Shown: positions 45,532-56,160, counted from the stretch's first letter. The stretch is DNA of 64,000 nucleotides from Candidatus Iainarchaeum sp. (GCA_018304425.1 JAGVWE010000006.1:67175-131174), one strand, 5' to 3'. Program-made: numbers and translations. The notes: generated by a model from the sequence alone, not told the origin.

Positions 45532-45957
45532 GTCCCTGGGTGCTACGACGCGAATCAAACCCGCAGCAAGCACAAAATCTTTTTTGTTGAAAGTCATCAA
45601 GGCATCGCAATGGGCTTCGATGGCAATCGCTGCATGGAGGGCATCCATGGAAGGAACGCCTTTTCCGCGAAATTCCTCGGCCAAAGAAGTGCACCGCCCA
45701 GTAGACTCGGTAACTTCGACAGATATTTCTCGCTCTCGGAAGAAATCGAGCACTTCTTGTGCGGAGTGGTATGCAATCCGCTTGATTTCCCGAAACACGT
45801 AATCAGACAACACTACGGTAAACCGTTCCGGGCACGCGTCAAAGAAATCCTCGACGTCTTGGTACATCAACTTGAATGGCTTGCCCATGTCGGCCTTAAC
45901 GAAGGCGATGAAAATGTTGGCATCCAGGTAGACACGCTGTTTAGGGGCTGGCGACAT
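45520..45957 (-). CDS. PIN-domain nuclease (VapC-like)
   Basis: VYLDANIFIAF..., ...SMDALHAAIAIEAHCDALMTFNKKDF conserved acidic residues; start at MSPAPKQ. Confidence 0.6.
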   Translation of the reverse strand: MSPAPKQRVYLDANIFIAFVKADMGKPFKLMYQDVEDFFDACPERFTVVLSDYVFREIKRIAYHSAQEVLDFFREREISVEVTESTGRCTSLAEEFRGKGVPSMDALHAAIAIEAHCDALMTFNKKDFVLAAGLIRVVAPRDLIE

Positions 45958-46049
45958 GCACGACCCTCCGAAGGGTTTCGGCAACGGGTGCGGTGCCAGC
46001 CATAATAGCCACACGCCAACCAGTTTTTAGGCTTTTCGACGATTGCCGA

Positions 46050-46652
46050 TTACTTCAGGGCGCGCGCCTTTTCCAGCATCTCGACGGCGCGCTTGCCGCA
46101 TTCATCCAGGGTCTTCCCCAAGCAGTAAAAGCCGTGGCCCTTGACGACCACGAAATGGGTTTGCTTGAGCGCGGACAGGACTTCCTCGACTTCCTTGCGC
46201 GTGCCGTACTCGACCTCGGACTTGGTTTCCGGAACCCCCAACGCCCTTGCATGGGCCAGGATGTCCGGGGAATGACCGTGGAACACCGCGTTCGCGTCCC
46301 GCCTCGACCGGTAAATCGCCATGTGCACCATGGACTCGGAGCTCGGCTCGTACTTGCCGGTGACCGCGACCCGGACATCCACCATGTTCACGTCCTCGAC
46401 GTTGACGAACTCGTCTTCCACGATTTTCCCGAGGTCGGCGCCGGTGCGAGTGATGAGGCAGCCGTTCTTGTAGCGCGCCGACAGGTTGCCGGAGGTGCCG
46501 GCGCCTTCTCCCTGAGGGGGACAAAACCCCTTCGCAGCCAGCTCATGCGCCCACTTGACCAGGTCCTTGGCCTTGTCGACCTTGAAGGAAGCCCGGTTCA
46601 TGAACACGGTCTCGAACTTGGTTCCACGATAGGATTCAGGCATGTCAACCAA
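46050..46652 (-). CDS. class II aldolase/adducin-family protein (methylthioribulose-1-phosphate dehydratase-like)
   Basis: ...MVHMAIY...VFHGHSP... His metal ligands of aldolase-II fold; adjacent to mtnA-like gene. Confidence 0.6.
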   Translation of the reverse strand: MVDMPESYRGTKFETVFMNRASFKVDKAKDLVKWAHELAAKGFCPPQGEGAGTSGNLSARYKNGCLITRTGADLGKIVEDEFVNVEDVNMVDVRVAVTGKYEPSSESMVHMAIYRSRRDANAVFHGHSPDILAHARALGVPETKSEVEYGTRKEVEEVLSALKQTHFVVVKGHGFYCLGKTLDECGKRAVEMLEKARALK

Positions 46653-46653
46653 T

Positions 46654-47688
<1,035 letters not shown>

Positions 47689-47692
47689 GGAA

Positions 47693-48238
47693 TCACATGG
47701 GGTGGCCAACCCGGTACCGGCGCTTGCCGCTTCGCTCTGCTGCGCCGGTGGGGTCGGGTCTGCCCGTTGCCCCAGGCCACCAGCCCTTGGGCTCCAATTG
47801 CTGGACTACCGCATCAATGACGTCTCGGTCCTCGATGCCAAGGACATTCATAAGCCTTGCTTCCACGGCACGTGCGGCGGTGCGAAGGGATTTTTTCATA
47901 GGAATAGGAAGTTCACGAACGTCAAGCCACTGGCCCAATGCATCACGGACGCGCATGAGTTCCACAATCGGTGGCATCGCTTCCTTGAGTTCCGGCAGCT
48001 CGCGTGCAACAAAGCGATAACGCGGCACCCGGTTCAATCGCACGCCAAGCGCGACTTCCATTCTGCGAACCGCTTCCCGGGCCTGTTGCAGGCGCGCAGC
48101 CCGCGCGGCCCGTAACCGGGCAACCGCCACCGGGTTCGATTTCTTTATTTTCTTGGCAAAAATCACATAGTTCTTCGGGGCCTTCACGGGCCTTGGATGA
48201 TAGTCCATGGGGTTCGGCGGTCTGGGCTTTCGCGGCAT
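47693..48238 (-). CDS. hypothetical basic (Arg/Pro-rich) protein
   Basis: 181 aa, no recognisable family; preceded by the shared BRE/TATA module. Confidence 0.35.
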   Translation of the reverse strand: MPRKPRPPNPMDYHPRPVKAPKNYVIFAKKIKKSNPVAVARLRAARAARLQQAREAVRRMEVALGVRLNRVPRYRFVARELPELKEAMPPIVELMRVRDALGQWLDVRELPIPMKKSLRTAARAVEARLMNVLGIEDRDVIDAVVQQLEPKGWWPGATGRPDPTGAAERSGKRRYRVGHPM

Positions 48239-48266
48239 TTAATCCACTATAAGAGAAGCCGTCGAA

Positions 48267-48284
48267 CTATTTAACGGTTTCGGG
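48267..48284 (-). promoter_or_regulatory. BRE/TATA promoter module cccgaaaccgttaaatag (copy on minus strand)
   Basis: identical 17-18-mer to 48812-48829 and 50544-50561; 30-36 nt upstream of start codon 48238. Confidence 0.6.
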
Positions 48285-48361
48285 TTCCGCCTTCCTTGCC
48301 GTTCACTTCCATTCCTTGGCCCCCAACCTGAATTCCAGTCTTTTCCCCGGCATGCAAACCA

Positions 48362-48676
48362 CTAGCCTTGCACGTCCAGTACCCTGTACCAGCGTTCGCC
48401 GAAGGCATCCTCCAACATGGATGCATACCCCTCCCCACAGAGGTTTTTGAGACGACGCTCCACATCCCCGTAGAGGCGCATGGCTGCCTTGGTCAATACC
48501 GTGTCCCTTTCTCCCGTATGCTGGCCAAGCCAGATAACGAGCCGCCTGGCGGCATCGCGGGCGACAAACAATTGGCGAAACGGCTCGGGTTGCGTACTGA
48601 TGATATTCACGCGCTTGCTGCGCGGAAGGCCTTTGTCCCACTTCACGGCTGGCACGGCATCGAGGGAAGACAACAC
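48362..48676 (-). CDS. hypothetical protein
   Basis: 104-aa ORF, no recognisable motifs. Confidence 0.25.
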   Translation of the reverse strand: MLSSLDAVPAVKWDKGLPRSKRVNIISTQPEPFRQLFVARDAARRLVIWLGQHTGERDTVLTKAAMRLYGDVERRLKNLCGEGYASMLEDAFGERWYRVLDVQG

Positions 48677-48811
48677 GACCGTCCCTTGAACAAACCCCGA
48701 TTGTAGCGGTGTTTCCTGGATTGGCCCATGCTGCCTCGGCGCGTCATGGAAACAATTACGCTACAGGGACTTAATTAACGTTTGCAGGCCTAGGCATCAG
48801 GCAGGCAGCGA

Positions 48812-48830
48812 CCCGAAACCGTTAAATAGG
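48812..48830 (+). promoter_or_regulatory. BRE/TATA promoter module cccgaaaccgttaaatagg, TATA 29 nt upstream of ATG 48851 (leaderless)
   Basis: CGAAA (BRE-like) + TTAAATA (TATA-like); identical copy upstream of paralog at 50583 with identical spacing. Confidence 0.65.
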
Positions 48831-48850
48831 CTGGAAGCCTTGACTATTAC

Positions 48851-50539
48851 ATGGCTTTCAGCACGCGGGGCATTCGGATGCGCAATCCGCGGACGCACCG
48901 GATGCACTGGGTCGAGTTTGCTGGCACCGTGCCCATGAAGCAGGCACCGAGGCGCTGGATTCAGGTGCCAGAACCGAGTGCGTGGAAGCAGGAAGGCGGG
49001 AAAGAGAATGCAAGCGCGGCGTTCAAAGCATCCCACAGGGACTTGACAAAATATTATCGGGCAAAGCGGGGCGTGCACGGCCCTGGGGGCATGCCGGCGG
49101 ACACGCACCGACGCGCCACGCAATTGCTACAGTTCCTGAAAAAGTTCCCCCCCCAGCCCAGCGCCGTCGAAGTCATGGCCAACCTGGCCTTCAAGAAGGG
49201 CCTGACCAAGAAAGCCTTGGGCCCTTGGGCCACCATGCTGCGGTGGTTCCATCAAAAAAATCCGGGCGTGGTATCGGGTTACCCGCAGTGGACGGCAGTG
49301 GCCGTGAACACGGGCACCCTGGCTAGAGTCGATGAGCTGCTGGACCGGCGGCCTGAATTGTTCGACTCCGGAAAAATCGCGGACGCCTTGTCAATCAAGC
49401 CAACCAAGACGAACATTCAAATCATCAACACGGCCGTCGCCATCCTGGATGCCATGAAATTCGTGCAACGGTGGCAGGGGGAAAACAAGGGCCGCATGCA
49501 GGTGGTGGCGTCCAGGCACCGCTTCAAGGTGCGGTCCGCCCCCTTTGACCGGTCCGTGTTCAAGGTGCTCGATGCGCTCGTGAAGGGAGCGACGACCACG
49601 GCCGAAATAAAGGCCCAGGGAATCAAATACCCCAAGGGACCCCTCAAGCGGCTGGAAGACCACGGCTTTATCGCGGTCAGGAAAGGGAGGGCCCGGAAGT
49701 TTTCGCTCGAAGTGACAGCAGTCGGCCACGAAGCCCATTTTGGCCAAGTGAACCGAAAAAGCGGGACGATTTCGCCGGCCTTCCGGCGGTTGCTCGAAGA
49801 CAAGCGGAGCCCAGGCATCCACAAACGGGCGCGGGACAAGGAAGCCCTCCGAAAGTGGGTGGAGGTGTGGGCGGCAAGGCTTGGCCCGGAAACCCCGCTT
49901 CCGCGCGTGATTGCACAAACGCTGGGAATATCACAAAAATACGTGAATTTAGTCATTTATGAGAACCGGTTTCCCTTGGTCGGTGCCGACCGCATGCCGC
50001 GCGCCCGCGCGTTTATCGCGGAGTTAAGCCGGGAAGTGCCGGGCATGGCCGAGAAATGCCAGACCATCGAAGGCGTGCTGACGAAAATGGAGGCGTTCGA
50101 CCACGCCCGGCAGGCAGCGAAAGAATTCGGGAACAGGATAGCCAAGCGCTTTGGCCTCGATTTGAAAGCGCGCCCACGCCTCGAGTGGAAGGATATGGCC
50201 GTGGAAGAAATCAGGGCGTCCCGCAAACGCATCGGCGAACTGTGGAACGCGCGGCAGGAACTGGAAGAAGTGGCGAAAAGCGTGCCGAGAAAATCGCCTT
50301 CCGGCAGGCACCTCCGAAGAACGGTGCAGGCCGTGGACGCCGAACTCTGCCGGTTGACTGGTGCGGGCGACCCCAGGAGGCTGGAAAACGTACTGGTCGT
50401 CGTGGCACCGAAGGGAACCGATTGGCACCTGTGGCTCGGCATAACCGGCTTGCCCCAACCAATTAGACGGCCCTTCAACGAGAACGAAGGCAACCGAAGG
50501 GCAGCCGCCGGGAGTAGTCGACCTTCGGCCTGGCAGTGA
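48851..50539 (+). CDS. basic multi-wHTH-like protein, paralog A (unknown function)
   Basis: 562 aa, Arg/Lys-rich; segments align with the downstream 511-aa paralog (e.g. AVEVMANLAFKKGLTKKAL vs ANEVLAGLAFAKGLEKGRL); HTH-like ISQKYVNLVIYENRFP. Confidence 0.6.
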   Translation: MAFSTRGIRMRNPRTHRMHWVEFAGTVPMKQAPRRWIQVPEPSAWKQEGGKENASAAFKASHRDLTKYYRAKRGVHGPGGMPADTHRRATQLLQFLKKFPPQPSAVEVMANLAFKKGLTKKALGPWATMLRWFHQKNPGVVSGYPQWTAVAVNTGTLARVDELLDRRPELFDSGKIADALSIKPTKTNIQIINTAVAILDAMKFVQRWQGENKGRMQVVASRHRFKVRSAPFDRSVFKVLDALVKGATTTAEIKAQGIKYPKGPLKRLEDHGFIAVRKGRARKFSLEVTAVGHEAHFGQVNRKSGTISPAFRRLLEDKRSPGIHKRARDKEALRKWVEVWAARLGPETPLPRVIAQTLGISQKYVNLVIYENRFPLVGADRMPRARAFIAELSREVPGMAEKCQTIEGVLTKMEAFDHARQAAKEFGNRIAKRFGLDLKARPRLEWKDMAVEEIRASRKRIGELWNARQELEEVAKSVPRKSPSGRHLRRTVQAVDAELCRLTGAGDPRRLENVLVVVAPKGTDWHLWLGITGLPQPIRRPFNENEGNRRAAAGSSRPSAWQ

Positions 50540-50543
50540 ATCG

Positions 50544-50561
50544 TCCGAAACCGTTAAATAG
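50544..50561 (+). promoter_or_regulatory. BRE/TATA promoter module (third copy), TATA 29 nt upstream of ATG 50583
   Basis: tccgaaaccgttaaatagg; same spacing and ATGGC start context as 48851. Confidence 0.65.
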
Positions 50562-50582
50562 GCCGAAATGGAAGGATAATAC

Positions 50583-52118
50583 ATGGCTACCTTGCGGAAG
50601 TTCATCGGCAAAGTGCCCCTCGTCAAGCGGGTGACCATCCAGACGCGGGCAGGCCCCAGGGAAATCGTGAAGCCCGCGCTCAGGCCCTGGATGCGACAGG
50701 AAAGCACGGCCTATGCAGGCAAAAAGGAGAATGAACCCGAAGCCAATGCCCAGTATAAGAAAGACGTAGCCGAGCTGGCGCAAGAATACGCCAAGGAAGT
50801 GGACCGTTTTGCGGGACACCCGCGTTCCCGCATTGTGGACAGCGCGCGGCGCATGGCCGAGGTGCTCGAATATTTGGCGGCCTTGCCGGAAAAACCGCAC
50901 GCCAATGAAGTGCTGGCCGGCCTGGCCTTCGCCAAAGGCCTCGAAAAAGGGCGGCTACAAGAATATGCGAATAGCCTGGTGCGACTCCAGCGGTTGCGGA
51001 AAAAACTGTTCTACGGTTCGACCATCAAGATACGGGAACTCGTGAACGCGGACATCCTGCACAAGGTCGACGTCGTGCTGAGGCGCGCCCCCAAAATCAT
51101 GAATCCCGCGGAAATCGCGGAAAAGGCTGGGATTGCATCCACGAAAATCAACCGGGATGCGGTGGCAACGGCGGTGAATGTCCTCTCCACCATGAAACTG
51201 GCACAAAAACAACCCCTGTCAGCGAAAGGGAAATCGTTCCGCGTCGTGAACGCCTGGTATAGGCACCGCGTACGGTCCTCACCCGAGGAAAACACCCAAT
51301 ACCAGCTCATGCAGGCACTGGCCAAGGGACCCCACACGGGGGAACAATTGCAGGAAGCATTGGATTTGCGCAGCAACAGCGGTACCCAGGAGGCTTTGAA
51401 CACGGCCATCTCCAGGGGGCTTGCCACGGCCTCCCGTGGCCGCAGCGGAACGCTCGCGCTGACGATAACCGAGCTTGGCAAGGAGCTCCTCGAAGAACAA
51501 GCGGGCCGGAAGCGCATCGTTCCCCGGTTGCGACGCAAATTGCTGGGGGAAAAAAACCATGGACTGACGCCGACGGAAGAATACTCCTACCAATCGCTGT
51601 TACGGTGGGCACGCGTCCAAGCGTTCAGGGCCGAAAATCCGGGATTGACGGACGCTCAAGTCGCCGAGAGAATGGGTGAAATGAAATGGTACCCGACGTT
51701 CATTAATCGAAAAAACTGGGTGTTGCCCGTGAACGCCCAAAGCCCGGAAGCCCGAATCCGGCGGGCGCAGAAACTCTGGCACGTCATGCGGGAACGCGAT
51801 CCCAAGCTGGCCCCCTTCCTGGCCCGGAAAATCGAGGCGGATGCAGCGGCCCATGGCATCCCGGTGGAAAAGGAGGTGCCGGCCAACGGGCTACAGCAAC
51901 ACGTCCGCAACATGGGGTTCCGGTTGCTCAGGCCAAACGAGGAGGGACTACTACTGACGAGGCCGCAGGAAGATGCCCTAGTAGCCCGTTTTACCATGGC
52001 ACCGGAAATGCAAACGCTTTCCCCGGCGGGTCACGCGGCCATGCTTGAATTCCTGGAACGCGTTACTACGCTTTCCCCGGGTGCCCTGCACAGGCTACGC
52101 CAGGCATGGAGAGTTTGA
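50583..52118 (+). CDS. basic multi-wHTH-like protein, paralog B (unknown function)
   Basis: 511 aa, paralogous to 48851 gene. Confidence 0.6.
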   Translation: MATLRKFIGKVPLVKRVTIQTRAGPREIVKPALRPWMRQESTAYAGKKENEPEANAQYKKDVAELAQEYAKEVDRFAGHPRSRIVDSARRMAEVLEYLAALPEKPHANEVLAGLAFAKGLEKGRLQEYANSLVRLQRLRKKLFYGSTIKIRELVNADILHKVDVVLRRAPKIMNPAEIAEKAGIASTKINRDAVATAVNVLSTMKLAQKQPLSAKGKSFRVVNAWYRHRVRSSPEENTQYQLMQALAKGPHTGEQLQEALDLRSNSGTQEALNTAISRGLATASRGRSGTLALTITELGKELLEEQAGRKRIVPRLRRKLLGEKNHGLTPTEEYSYQSLLRWARVQAFRAENPGLTDAQVAERMGEMKWYPTFINRKNWVLPVNAQSPEARIRRAQKLWHVMRERDPKLAPFLARKIEADAAAHGIPVEKEVPANGLQQHVRNMGFRLLRPNEEGLLLTRPQEDALVARFTMAPEMQTLSPAGHAAMLEFLERVTTLSPGALHRLRQAWRV

Positions 52119-52130
52119 ATTACCCCCCCA

Positions 52131-52634
52131 CTACCCCAACCCGCCTGCGAACAATCCGAGGCTGGCCAGGGTGACGAGGACGCCGGCTAGGAGGACGCCG
52201 AGGGCGCTGGCGAGGGCAAAGCGTTGCCAGCTCAGGTTGACGAGGTAGGCGGCCAGGGCCCCGGTCCAGACTCCGGTGCCGGGAAAGGGCACGGCGATGA
52301 ACAAGGCGAGGCCCAGCCACCCGAATTTTTCGATGAAAGCATGGCTCTTGCGTTCGGCGCGGGCGGCGGCCTCGGCGTAGAGGAAGGCCAGGGGTTTGAA
52401 GCACAGGAAGCGGCCCAGGAAGAGGTGCAGGGCTTCATAGACGAGGATGCCGACCGCGAAATTGGCGGCCACGGCGACCACGAAGACGAGTTGCCAGGGC
52501 AGGCCATAACCTGGCAGGACCCAGCCATAGCCGAGGCCCACGTCCCGGGACATGATGCCCAGGGGAATGGCTGCGCGTAACTCGAACACGGGGAGCATGG
52601 AGATAAAGGCGATTAAGGCGAGTTTAACGAGCAT
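52131..52634 (-). CDS. small multidrug-export-like membrane protein (COG2426 family)
   Basis: 167 aa, 4 TM, N-terminal ...LPVFELRAAIPLG motif typical of the family. Confidence 0.5.
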   Translation of the reverse strand: MLVKLALIAFISMLPVFELRAAIPLGIMSRDVGLGYGWVLPGYGLPWQLVFVVAVAANFAVGILVYEALHLFLGRFLCFKPLAFLYAEAAARAERKSHAFIEKFGWLGLALFIAVPFPGTGVWTGALAAYLVNLSWQRFALASALGVLLAGVLVTLASLGLFAGGLG

Positions 52635-52688
52635 GCAGGAGAGTGAACTGCATTAAGAATAAATAGTTGTAGTAATCAATTATAAGCG

Positions 52689-55600
52689 ATGAAACGGGCT
52701 ACCCGCACTGCGTTGGTCGTTGCCTGGCTGGCCCTGTTGGTGGCCGGGGCCTGGGCCGCGGCGCCCACGATTTCCGGCCTCTCCCCCGATGGAAGCACGA
52801 CCGTCACCAGCAACCAGCCCACCATCCAGTTCGAGGTCAGCGAGAACGGGGCAGGGGTAACGGACTATAACGTGTCCATTGACGGAACCAAGGTGAAGGG
52901 CAAAGGGGATACGGGAATAACCGTGCAGCCGGTGGATACGGACACCAACCGCATTTCGTTCAGCGTTTCAAGCGCCTTGTCCGACGCCACGCACACCCTC
53001 AAAATCGGGGCCACCAGCGCGGATTCACCGGCCCAATACGTTGAGACCGGGACCGTGAACTTCACGGTTTCCGCGACCACGGCTTCCAACGCCCCCACCA
53101 ACCCCCGCATCAGCGTGCCGCCGTTCACGCGGACCGTGAAGCCCAAGCTCCAGTTGAAGGCGGACGGCAGCCCGGCCAAGATGCGGTTCAGCTGCTCGCA
53201 GACTGGTCCATGGGACGCCAACCACTCGTATGCGACGAGCTACAGCGACTTCAACATCTTGGACCAGAACGTGGGTTGCTCGGCCAGTGAGGGCCTGCAT
53301 GCCATCTGGGTGCAGTACGCGTTCGCCGCCAGCAACTGGAGTGACGCCAACACGGCTTCCACTTTCTACGATGTTTCGAAGCCCTCGAAGCCCGGGAACC
53401 TCTCCGTGGCCATCCGCGACACCGATAATGCGGTCAACGTGAAGTGGGACGAGAGTTCGGACAGCTCGGGCAGCAAGCCCCGGTACAACGTGTACCGGTC
53501 CATGGACTTGAACTTCGTGGGCAAGGAACTCGTGTCCACGGGGCTGGCGGCCAACCAGTTCTTTGACAAGAAGGGGTTGAAGGACGGCACCACTTATTAT
53601 TACCGGGCCACGGCCGTGGACAGCGCGGGCAACGAGTCGGAGCCCAGCGACGCCAAGCAAATCGTGGCCAAGGTCATCATCACCGGGGACACGGAGAAGC
53701 CCGGGGACGGCGGCAAAGCCATTTCCGAGGGAGACCTCAAGATTGTCCTGGTGCGGGCCGACGGCAAGGAAACCCTGTCCGTGCGCAAGGAAAAGGTGAC
53801 GCTCAAGGGCTCGTTCGGCAAGAAGCTCATCAACGTGAATTTGCTGTTTAAACTGCCGGGCGGGAAGACCCTGGAATTGATTGACGCCTCCAAGCCCGCG
53901 GAATCCGATAACCTGGACGGGTTTTCAAAGGAAGTGGATGCCTCGGAGGCGAAGAGCGGCAAGGGCCAGATACTATTCAAGGCCAAGGACCCGGATACCG
54001 ACAAGCTGTTGTCCCGGGCCATTGAGTTCGACGTCGACACCGATGAACCGGTGGCGGACTGGATTAACCCGGAAAAGGAGAAGGCCTCGTTTGCCGGCAA
54101 GGTCTTGTTGAAGGTCAAGGCCAACGACAAGGGCTCGGGCCTCGAGAAGGCCGTGTTCTCGTACAAGGAGGCCAGGACGGGAAAGGCAGGGGAGCTGGGA
54201 ACGGTTACCAGGGACGACAACGGGTTTTACTCCCAGGAATGGAAGTTTGACGGCTACTATAACGGGGCCTACTCGGTTTCCGTGACCGTGTACGACAAGG
54301 CCGGCAATTCCGTGACCGAGTCGCTCAAGGAAGTCAACCTTTCGGGGGCCAAGAACCCGGACAAGGAAGTCACGGAAGCCAAGGTTGTCGAGGCCGAGGC
54401 CCGGCAAGCCGACATCGACAAGTTCGCGGACCGGCTCAAGCAGAAGAACGTGGTGTCCTCGAAGCTGACCAATGCCCGGGATTCCTTCACGGCGAAGATT
54501 GCGGAAGCCAAGAGCCTGCAAGCGGCCAAGAACTATGCCGAGGCCCAGAAGCGGGTCGCGGAGGCCCTGGCGATTGTCACGGGATTGCCAAACCTCATTG
54601 AGGTACGGGAGGCCCGGAAAGTCGATTACGTCCTCGACGCGAATGCGTTGGAGAAGGGCGTCAAGGAAGCCGGTTTGGACGAGAAACTGGTGCCCAAGGC
54701 GGTTGACTTAATCAAGAAGTCGAAAGCCCATCGCTCGCTGGAAGTGCTGGAAATCAAGGAGGGAAGCGATTCGACTTTCCAGGTGAACGTCGTCGTGTCG
54801 GTGTCGAACCCGGGCACGGAAGCGGTTTCGCTCAAAGTCATTGAAGTGATTCCCAAGGAGTTCGCGGCCAAGGCCAGTGACTTGCGCAGCCAAGCTGATT
54901 TCAAGGTGTTGAACGCCGACCCGTCCATCGAGTTCAGGGCCGAACTCGGGAAAGGCGCTTCCCAGGAGTTCGTGTACTCGCTGAGCAAGGCGTTGTCCAA
55001 GGAAGAGGCCCGCGTGTTCCTGGACGCGGAGCCCTTGAAGGCGTTCCCCGCGCCGCCCCTGGTCTTGGAGGCTAGCCAGGCAGTCGGCGAAGTCAAGCCC
55101 AAGGCAAGGATTGACTTGACGCCGGTCCTCGCCTTCCTCGCCGTGTTGGTGGTGGCAGGGCTTGCCTTCTTTTCCTGGAAGAAGTTCGGGGGCGAAGGCC
55201 TGGGCGGGGTGGGCGCAATGATGGCCGGCTTGTTGGAACAGGTTCAGGCCGGGTTGAAGGGAGCCATGCCAGGCAAGAAGAAAGCCGAAGGCCTTTCACG
55301 GCCGTCAGGCAAGCGCGTGGACTTCCTCGACGAAGGCGAGGGCGAAGGAGTCATCAGCTTCAAGAAGGCCCGGGAAGCCCGGGGCTTTGGCGGCAAACGC
55401 TATGAGCCCTTGTTCTTGGGCGGTGACGAGGACTCGGCGGCCAAGAAACCGGAGAGAAAACTGCATCCCCTGGAGCGGCTCATCGAAGAGCACCCGCGGC
55501 CGGCTCCCCCCAAGCACGTGTTCAGGGAACCCCTGCCGGTGCGCGAGCGAAGCGAGCGCAGGGAGCGAAGCGAGCCCCCGAAGGACTTCTTCGAGGGATT

Positions 55601-55697
55601 GAAGAAGCGATTCGAGCCCAAGCCCACAGAAGAAGCCGAGGAAAAGCCCGTGCCCCGCAAGAAGGCCGGCAGCAAGTGGGGATACGGCAGCGAGTGA
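52689..55697 (+). CDS. large secreted, C-terminally membrane-anchored surface protein (S-layer/adhesin-like, Ig/FN3-like beta domains) with ~180-aa charged cytoplasmic tail
   Basis: signal peptide MKRATRTALVVAWLALLVAGAWAA; multiple N-x-S/T sequons; TM LTPVLAFLAVLVVAGLAFF near C-terminus; Arg/Glu-rich tail. Confidence 0.6.
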   Translation: MKRATRTALVVAWLALLVAGAWAAAPTISGLSPDGSTTVTSNQPTIQFEVSENGAGVTDYNVSIDGTKVKGKGDTGITVQPVDTDTNRISFSVSSALSDATHTLKIGATSADSPAQYVETGTVNFTVSATTASNAPTNPRISVPPFTRTVKPKLQLKADGSPAKMRFSCSQTGPWDANHSYATSYSDFNILDQNVGCSASEGLHAIWVQYAFAASNWSDANTASTFYDVSKPSKPGNLSVAIRDTDNAVNVKWDESSDSSGSKPRYNVYRSMDLNFVGKELVSTGLAANQFFDKKGLKDGTTYYYRATAVDSAGNESEPSDAKQIVAKVIITGDTEKPGDGGKAISEGDLKIVLVRADGKETLSVRKEKVTLKGSFGKKLINVNLLFKLPGGKTLELIDASKPAESDNLDGFSKEVDASEAKSGKGQILFKAKDPDTDKLLSRAIEFDVDTDEPVADWINPEKEKASFAGKVLLKVKANDKGSGLEKAVFSYKEARTGKAGELGTVTRDDNGFYSQEWKFDGYYNGAYSVSVTVYDKAGNSVTESLKEVNLSGAKNPDKEVTEAKVVEAEARQADIDKFADRLKQKNVVSSKLTNARDSFTAKIAEAKSLQAAKNYAEAQKRVAEALAIVTGLPNLIEVREARKVDYVLDANALEKGVKEAGLDEKLVPKAVDLIKKSKAHRSLEVLEIKEGSDSTFQVNVVVSVSNPGTEAVSLKVIEVIPKEFAAKASDLRSQADFKVLNADPSIEFRAELGKGASQEFVYSLSKALSKEEARVFLDAEPLKAFPAPPLVLEASQAVGEVKPKARIDLTPVLAFLAVLVVAGLAFFSWKKFGGEGLGGVGAMMAGLLEQVQAGLKGAMPGKKKAEGLSRPSGKRVDFLDEGEGEGVISFKKAREARGFGGKRYEPLFLGGDEDSAAKKPERKLHPLERLIEEHPRPAPPKHVFREPLPVRERSERRERSEPPKDFFEGLKKRFEPKPTEEAEEKPVPRKKAGSKWGYGSE

Positions 55698-55740
55698 AAC
55701 CCGGAGAAAGGCTTTTATTCCGGCGAGCGGGTAGGTTAGT

Positions 55741-56160
55741 ATGGGATTGAAAAGCCCCTACTTGAACAGGCTCCACCGCGTGCTGAGTGCAGCCCACGCC
55801 GATTATTTGGTGGCGCCCTGGGACGCGAGCCGGGAACAGCGCCGGAATTTGCGGCGCCGGACGAGAATCGCCGCAAACGTGATGCTGGCCATGGGAGAAC
55901 TGTCGCCCGCCCAGCAACGAGCCGTGAACGCCGCCAGGGAACACTGGACTGCAAGCGGCTTTGACAGGGAACACAGGCTAAGCCTGGCTGACGCGGCGCT
56001 CCTGCGGGACGTGGCCGCACTCCCTTCCGTGACCCTGATCGCGTTGAAAAGGGGCCAGCCCTACGACCAGGTGGAGCGCAGGATTAGGCAGCTGATGGAA
56101 CGATACCAACTCACCTTGCTTTATTTTCATAGGGCGCTTATGGAACAGGGCAAAGGCTAG
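55741..56160 (+). CDS. hypothetical protein
   Basis: 139-aa ORF, no recognised motif. Confidence 0.3.
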   Translation: MGLKSPYLNRLHRVLSAAHADYLVAPWDASREQRRNLRRRTRIAANVMLAMGELSPAQQRAVNAAREHWTASGFDREHRLSLADAALLRDVAALPSVTLIALKRGQPYDQVERRIRQLMERYQLTLLYFHRALMEQGKG

